A stretch of 32,000 nt of DNA, taken from Massilicoli timonensis (GTDB lineage: Bacteria > Bacillota_I > Bacilli_A > Erysipelotrichales > Erysipelotrichaceae). This document shows positions 26,679 to 32,000 of this stretch, in pieces. The position numbers and the translations under genes are program-made. The stretch covers positions 1,113,272-1,145,271 of the forward strand of contig NZ_LT963434.1 of the NCBI RefSeq assembly GCF_900199515.1, read 5' to 3'. Numbering within the stretch: the first letter of the stretch is position 1; each line of letters opens with the position of its first letter. Below the pieces are notes generated by a model. It was not told where the DNA came from. It worked only from the letters and a program-made list of their open reading frames with translations, and did not search any database.

Positions 26679-28645
26679 TTTGTTTCATCAACTGCGTCTG
26701 CCACGCTTTCCACAAGCGTCTGTTTTTCTTCATCGCTTGCTTCCATCGTCGCTTCCTGCGTACTTTGTTCGCTCGCCTGTGCTTCCAAGGCTGCTGTTTC
26801 TGCCTCCGCCTTTTGTTCTTCCGGTGACTGCAAAGTACCGTATTCCGCAAGATTTTTGATCTGTTCGGCAGTAATCGTTTCTTCTTCGATCAAGGTTTTC
26901 GCAATCAGATCCAGCAGATCACGATTCGCCACAATGATCTCTTTTGCCTGATCATAGCATTCATTTACGATCCTGCGAATTTCTTTGTCGATCTCAAAAG
27001 CGATCTCTCCCGAGTAATTGCTTCCCTGGCTATAATCACGTCCTAAGAAGACATTGCCGGAATTATCGGAATACTGGATCGGTCCCAGCTTTGACATACC
27101 GAAGCTGCGCACCATTGCTTTGGCAATTTTCGTAACCTGTTCCAAATCACCGTAAGCGCCGTCTGTAATCTCATTGAATACAACTTCTTCGCTGCCCCGG
27201 CCACCCAGAAAGCTGGTGATCATTGCCATATACTCGCTCTTGGTCGTACAGTAGGTTTCTTCTTCCTTCGTCATCAGATTGTAACCGCCGGCCTGACCGC
27301 GCGGAATGATCGTAATCTTCTGCACGCTGTTGGCGCCTTCCAGCTTCAATCCGATCACCGCATGACCTGCTTCATGATAAGCCACCATGCGTTTCTCTTT
27401 ATCTGTGTATTTCTTGGATTTCTTTGCCGGTCCCATCATGACGCGGTCGATCGCTTCATCCAGATCGCTCATCGTAATCAAATGACGATCTTCACGCACC
27501 GCCAAGATCGCAGCTTCATTCAGCACATTTTCCAGATCGGCTCCCGAGAATCCCTGTGTCCGCTTCGCCAGCTGTTCCAAGTTCACATTCGGCGCCAGTT
27601 TTTTATTACGGGCATGCACTTGTAAAATTTCATAGCGCCCTGTTTTATCCGGCAAGCCAACGGTAATCTGACGGTCAAATCGTCCGCTTCGCATCAGCGC
27701 CGGGTCTAATACATCGGCACGGTTGGTCGCCGCAATGACAACGATTCCGGCATTTTCGTTCATACCGTCCATTTCTACTAAGATCTGGTTCAAGGTCTGT
27801 TCGCGTTCATCATTGCCCCCGCCTAAACCGGCGCCGCGCTGTCTGCCGACCGCATCGATTTCATCAATAAAGATGATACAAGGCTTTGCCTGTTTGGCAC
27901 GCTTGAACATATCACGCACACGACTTGCCCCGGTACCGACAAACATCTCTACAAAATCACTGCCTGAAATAGAGAAAAACGGTACGTTCGCTTCTCCGGC
28001 AACCGCCTTCGCAAGCAATGTTTTACCGGTGCCCGGAGGCCCTACCATCAACATCCCTTTAGGAATGCGCGCTCCCATTTCCGAGAATTTCGTCGGATTT
28101 TTTAAGTAATCGATGATTTCCTTTACTTCTTCCTTTTCTTCTTTACAGCCGGCCACATCCGCAAAGCGCGTTTTTACATCCGACTCGATACGCGCCCGTG
28201 ATTTCGTAAATTCAAATGCCTTGTTGTTGGCACCGCCGCTGCTTTTCATCAAGATAAAGAAACCGACGCCCATCACCAAAAGCAATGGAACGATCTGCAT
28301 CATGAACTCTAAAAAGATATTACGCTCATCCGCATCGGAAACCGTTACTTGATTTTTCTCTTCATCGAGGGTTTCCTGCAGCCATTCTAAATTCTTCGTC
28401 GTCTTCGGCATTGATACATCAAACGCCTGTTCTTCACCGCCGGAGCGATAAGTTCCTTCCACTTTTACAATAGATGTTCCTACGGAAATATTAACATCGC
28501 CAAACGTCATTTTTTCCGCCTGCGATACGAACTCATTGTAACTGAATGTACGATGCTTTGTGCCGGTGCTGAAAGATCCCAGCATCAACAAAATCGCAAT
28601 TACCAGTACATAGGGAAGAAAATTCACATAACGGTTATTTTTCAT
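26672..28645 (-). CDS. ftsH: ATP-dependent zinc metalloprotease FtsH, 657 aa
   Basis: Two TMs, AAA module ([19 protein letters not shown] region), and HEAGH zinc site. GGAGG RBS. Confidence 0.97.
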   Translation of the reverse strand: MKNNRYVNFLPYVLVIAILLMLGSFSTGTKHRTFSYNEFVSQAEKMTFGDVNISVGTSIVKVEGTYRSGGEEQAFDVSMPKTTKNLEWLQETLDEEKNQVTVSDADERNIFLEFMMQIVPLLLVMGVGFFILMKSSGGANNKAFEFTKSRARIESDVKTRFADVAGCKEEKEEVKEIIDYLKNPTKFSEMGARIPKGMLMVGPPGTGKTLLAKAVAGEANVPFFSISGSDFVEMFVGTGASRVRDMFKRAKQAKPCIIFIDEIDAVGRQRGAGLGGGNDEREQTLNQILVEMDGMNENAGIVVIAATNRADVLDPALMRSGRFDRQITVGLPDKTGRYEILQVHARNKKLAPNVNLEQLAKRTQGFSGADLENVLNEAAILAVREDRHLITMSDLDEAIDRVMMGPAKKSKKYTDKEKRMVAYHEAGHAVIGLKLEGANSVQKITIIPRGQAGGYNLMTKEEETYCTTKSEYMAMITSFLGGRGSEEVVFNEITDGAYGDLEQVTKIAKAMVRSFGMSKLGPIQYSDNSGNVFLGRDYSQGSNYSGEIAFEIDKEIRRIVNECYDQAKEIIVANRDLLDLIAKTLIEEETITAEQIKNLAEYGTLQSPEEQKAEAETAALEAQASEQSTQEATMEASDEEKQTLVESVADAVDETKE

Positions 28646-28733
28646 TCTGTAAACCTCCTTCAGTATAGGATTCGATCATTTTCCTTTTCCTATTCATTTC
28701 CCTGATCCGTTTTTCTTCTGCCTGTTACGGATA

Positions 28734-29273
28734 TTATTCATATAACTCGTCTTTTAGTACACCGACATAAGGCAGATTCCGATATTTCTGATCAAAGTCT
28801 AAACCATACCCGATCACAAATTCATTCGGTACCGCAAAACCGACATAGTCTGCCGAGATATCGACCACCCGCCGCTGCGGCTTATCCAGCAAGGATACGA
28901 TCTTTACTTCCTTTGCGCCTTTATTTAACAGCATACGCTTTACTTCCGCAAGCGTTCTGCCCGTATCGACGATATCTTCCACTAACAGGATCGAGACTCC
29001 GTTGATCGAACTGTCCAAATCCTTGATTACCCGAATATTGCCTACGGACTGCGTTCCTTCATAACTGGAAACATCCATGAAATCAAACATGATATCCATG
29101 TCGATATGCTTGATCAGCTCCGCTAAGAAAGGCACGCTTCCTTTTAACAGCCCCACCAACAAAGGCGCTTCCTGTTTCGCCTCATAATCTGCCGTGATCT
29201 GGCGTCCCAGTTCTTCGCACCTTTTGACGATTTCTTCCTCCGAAATCAGAATCTTTTTTACATCCTTATGCAT
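28734..29273 (-). CDS. hpt: Hypoxanthine(-guanine) phosphoribosyltransferase, 179 aa
   Basis: PRPP-binding motif VLLVEDIVDTGRTL and conserved GYGLDF..KYRNLPY. Start set at ATG 29273, 7 nt after GGAGGG. Confidence 0.93.
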   Translation of the reverse strand: MHKDVKKILISEEEIVKRCEELGRQITADYEAKQEAPLLVGLLKGSVPFLAELIKHIDMDIMFDFMDVSSYEGTQSVGNIRVIKDLDSSINGVSILLVEDIVDTGRTLAEVKRMLLNKGAKEVKIVSLLDKPQRRVVDISADYVGFAVPNEFVIGYGLDFDQKYRNLPYVGVLKDELYE

Positions 29274-29300
29274 CCCAATGCCCTCCAACAAGTATCTTCT

Positions 29301-30530
29301 CTATTTTATCACAAAGATATAGGAATTGTTAGTAAAATGTGCGATATCACATCCAATTCCCACAACAAAAATCACATTTCCCGCCGCATTTTCCACAACT
29401 GGCCATAATTGACGCTGCCGATAAGGAATTTTACGGTCAATAAACCATCTCGCCACCTTTTTGGTGCCGAAGCGCAAACGGATAAAATCACCTGCGCGTG
29501 CGTTCCTGATCGTGATCGGAAAGTCTTCCTTGGCAAGTGCCAGCCGTTCGATCGTTTCCCCTTCCTCACAAATCGCAAAATACGGTGTCTCTTCATAACA
29601 GATCGCATCGTATGTATAAGCATAGCCTTTGCAGTTTGTTTCTTCGATCGACAAGATCTCATAATTATGGACAAGTGAATACGTATCATCCAGCTCATAT
29701 ACCCAGTTATGGGTGCTCTGCATGATCATATCGCTGATATTCTGCAGCTCCTTGCCGGAAAGTTTGGCAACATCGATCTTGGTCTTCAAAAACATCCGTA
29801 GCACGCCTAAGCGCATCGTTTCGCTCATAGCGCGCAGATCTTTGAGCGATCTTTGCATTTGCCATTTGCTGAAGGCGTCGAACAGGAGCCGTTCTTGCTT
29901 TTGTTTTGCCTCATTCAACTCCTCGATTTCCCGGATCATCTGTTTCTTATCCTCTAAGCGCAGCGTATCGACGACCGCATGGCGAATGCGGTTGCGCTCA
30001 TAATCATCGGAAAAGTTGCTTTCGTCATCGTAATAAGGAATCGCATGTTTTTCACAGTATTTCAACAGATCTTTTTTGGTATAGGCAAGCAGCGGCCGCA
30101 CGACAAGGATATTGTGCAGGATCAGCTCTTCTCGAATACCGTAGTATTGTGGTGTGGCATGACGTTTGCGCTGCATGAGATAGGTTTCGATCACATCATC
30201 CATCTGATGTGCGACCAAAACGCCGCCGCAGGAATAAGTATCTGCCAGCAGACGGTAAAAATCATAGCGGTATGCACGGGCATATGCCTGAAAATTTCCC
30301 TGATGATGGGGATCGCAATACGCCACATGACACATGACATCATGCGCCTTACAGAAGTTTACCACACACATCATATCGCGGTTTGCGCTTGCTCGCTTTT
30401 GATAATTCACATGGGCGACGATCACATCCAACTGCTTTTCTAAACACATTGCCAAAAGCGCCATCGAATCGGCGCCGCCGGAGACACCGACGACCCATCT
30501 GCGATTTTTTAATTCCCGCCAGTTTGCCAT
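29301..30530 (-). CDS. tilS: tRNA(Ile)-lysidine synthase, 409 aa
   Basis: N-terminal PP-loop VGVSGGADSMAL and the TilS substrate-binding/C-terminal region (GTKKVARWFIDRKIP). Start set at ATG 30530 (MANWRE); the 59-codon ORF-track extension is not conserved-looking. Confidence 0.9.
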   Translation of the reverse strand: MANWRELKNRRWVVGVSGGADSMALLAMCLEKQLDVIVAHVNYQKRASANRDMMCVVNFCKAHDVMCHVAYCDPHHQGNFQAYARAYRYDFYRLLADTYSCGGVLVAHQMDDVIETYLMQRKRHATPQYYGIREELILHNILVVRPLLAYTKKDLLKYCEKHAIPYYDDESNFSDDYERNRIRHAVVDTLRLEDKKQMIREIEELNEAKQKQERLLFDAFSKWQMQRSLKDLRAMSETMRLGVLRMFLKTKIDVAKLSGKELQNISDMIMQSTHNWVYELDDTYSLVHNYEILSIEETNCKGYAYTYDAICYEETPYFAICEEGETIERLALAKEDFPITIRNARAGDFIRLRFGTKKVARWFIDRKIPYRQRQLWPVVENAAGNVIFVVGIGCDIAHFTNNSYIFVIK

Positions 30531-30700
30531 ATCATCACCTATCCGTTTTCTTGCTTTATTATAACATAAAGGCTTGCTTCTGCACATGAAATCCTTTGGA
30601 TTGCGAAATATTTTGATATCGGTAAATCGCCCTGTCATCCCATTTTCTTGGCTATGTGCGTCATCAGATCTTTTTATGCACATTTGATGAAATCGAAAGT

Positions 30701-30744
30701 AAAACAAGAAAAAAGGAAGTCCGGATCGACCAAGATGCTTCCTT
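30701..30744. terminator. Candidate bidirectional terminator downstream of the dipeptidase gene
   Basis: AAGGAAG (30713-30719) / CTTCCTT (30738-30744), a perfect 7-bp stem with a long 18-nt loop. T-rich tails on both strands. Confidence 0.4.
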
Positions 30745-30804
30745 TTCTGCTTCTGTTACAAACTGCTCGGATGAAATCCATGCCGGATCGACACATCGAA
30801 GTTT

Positions 30805-32000
30805 TTACAGTGCGGCGATCAAACGGCACAAGAACGCATAAGTGCGATCAAACGATGCCAGATCCAGTTTTTCATCCGGCGTGTGTACGTCATATAAATT
30901 CGGTCCCATTGTTACGATGTCCAATGCCGGCATTTTTTCCTTGAAGATCCCGCATTCCAAACCACCGTGGATCGCTTCCATCTTTAATGGACTGCCATGC
31001 ATCTGTGCATAAACTTCCGCCATCGTGTCCCGCAGTGGGCTGACCTCCATATAATCCCATGCCGGATACCAGTTGTCGCCGCTGCCGTTAAAGCCGAATG
31101 CCGCGGCAATCGTTAACAGTTCGGACTTCATATCCTTGACATAAGAATCCAAAGCGCCGCGCGTACTTGTTTCAATGCGCACCGTATCATCTGCAACAGA
31201 GATGATGCCGGTGTTTTCACTGGCTTGTGTTACGCCGATTTTCTCAGAGAACTGCCGCATACCGCAAGGCAATACATATAACAGGCGGATCGCCGCATCG
31301 CTGTCGCCTTGTTCCATCACCTTTTCCGCTGTTGCTTCTTTTAATTCCCAAGTAAAGCCGGGATCGGTAAATTCCAATTCTTTGCGGATCTTGTTCGCTT
31401 CATCTAAAATAACATCTTTTACCTCTTCTGCTGCGGCAAATACCGCCTGCGCTTCTCTTGGGATCGCATTGATCTTCAAACCGCCCTGCCAGTTTGCCAA
31501 ACGAATGCCTTTCGCTTCATTGGCCGCATGCAGGAGGCGTCCCAGCACTTTATTGGCATTGCCGCGCCCTTTATGGATCTCCGCTCCGCTGTGCCCGCCT
31601 AATAAGCCCTTTACTTCCAGCAGATAGGCAGGTTTTGTATTTTGTTCAAACCGCACTTGTTTTTGCAAGAAAACATCTTCCCCGCCTGCCGAACAAGTAT
31701 TGGTCGTATCTTCTTCTTCGGCGTCGATATTGATCAAACGGGTGCCGCGCAATAAGCTTGGATCCAGTGAAAAGGCGCCGATCATCGTACTTTCCTCATC
31801 AACTGTAAACAACGCTTCGATTGCCGGATGCGCCAGCGTCTGATCTGCCAGCACTGCCATGATCATGGCAACTCCGGCTCCATCATCACCGCCCAGCGTT
31901 GTGCCTTTTGCCCGCAAATAACCGTCCACAATTTCCAGTTTCAGCGGGTCTTTTTCAAAATCATGTTCTACATCGGCATTTTTTTCATTCACCATGTCGA
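30805..32000 (-). CDS. pepD: Aminoacyl-histidine (Xaa-His) dipeptidase PepD-like, M20 family; 5' end outside the window
   Basis: LRAKGTTLGGDDGAGVAMIMAVLAD, FTVDEESTMIGA, GGHSGAEIHKGRGNANK and HGGLECG match the PepD layout. The frame stays open to position 32000, and residues corresponding to the PepD N-terminus are missing. Confidence 0.85.
   Translation of the reverse strand, partial: DMVNEKNADVEHDFEKDPLKLEIVDGYLRAKGTTLGGDDGAGVAMIMAVLADQTLAHPAIEALFTVDEESTMIGAFSLDPSLLRGTRLINIDAEEEDTTNTCSAGGEDVFLQKQVRFEQNTKPAYLLEVKGLLGGHSGAEIHKGRGNANKVLGRLLHAANEAKGIRLANWQGGLKINAIPREAQAVFAAAEEVKDVILDEANKIRKELEFTDPGFTWELKEATAEKVMEQGDSDAAIRLLYVLPCGMRQFSEKIGVTQASENTGIISVADDTVRIETSTRGALDSYVKDMKSELLTIAAAFGFNGSGDNWYPAWDYMEVSPLRDTMAEVYAQMHGSPLKMEAIHGGLECGIFKEKMPALDIVTMGPNLYDVHTPDEKLDLASFDRTYAFLCRLIAAL

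Noticed and set aside
29979-30443. 154-aa plus-strand ORF; similar cases at 31175-31627, 13090-13572, 21796-22245 and 26496-26951
   Set aside because: All lie antisense inside well-supported conserved genes (tilS, pepD, the GRE gene, lysS, and the hypothetical membrane gene/ftsH). They lack SD sequences and have skewed, low-complexity composition.
30721-30792. Exact 10-nt direct repeat CCGGATCGAC at 30721-30730 and 30783-30792
   Set aside because: It is short. One copy lies in a terminator loop and the other close to the pepD stop. GATCG-containing strings look common throughout this sequence, so chance or compositional bias is likely.

Overview
Chromosomal segment with Bacillota (Firmicutes) hallmarks: a T-box leader, AGGAGG ribosome-binding sites, and the B. 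subtilis-like gene order tilS-hpt-ftsH ... hslO-dusB-lysS. Coding is almost all on the minus strand. Housekeeping genes are uvrA, uvrB, an S41 C-terminal processing peptidase, lysS, dusB, hslO, ftsH, hpt, tilS and a 5'-truncated pepD-like dipeptidase. Four accessory patches interrupt this backbone. (1) 2.9-7.6 kb splits uvrB from uvrA and holds a multiply disrupted PNPOx/Nim-like pseudogene, a MATE efflux gene, an AAA+/DUF4143-type ATPase preceded by 32-bp tandem repeats, a small membrane protein, and a stand-alone ParB-N-domain protein coupled to uvrB. (2) 11.5-16.5 kb is a DeoR / FSA-type aldolase / glycyl-radical enzyme / activase cluster, the same trio as E. coli ybiW-ybiY-fsaA. (3) 16.6-19.3 kb holds an orphan tyrosine recombinase, a metallophosphoesterase, and a YhhQ-family queuosine-precursor transporter behind a candidate preQ1-I riboswitch. 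(4) 19.3-21.5 kb looks AT-rich by eye and holds a possible transposase relic plus an AbiEii-type nucleotidyltransferase paired with an atypical three-domain wHTH partner; a perfect palindrome sits in their promoter spacer. The two observations I rate highest are a LysRS carrying a MetRS/Trbp111-type tRNA-binding domain at its C-terminus (under a Lys T-box) and the non-canonical AbiE-like module. No rRNA, tRNA or CRISPR array was found. All calls come from reading the sequence and ORF translations by eye. Hand-counted motif coordinates may be off by 1-2 nt, and no database search was run.
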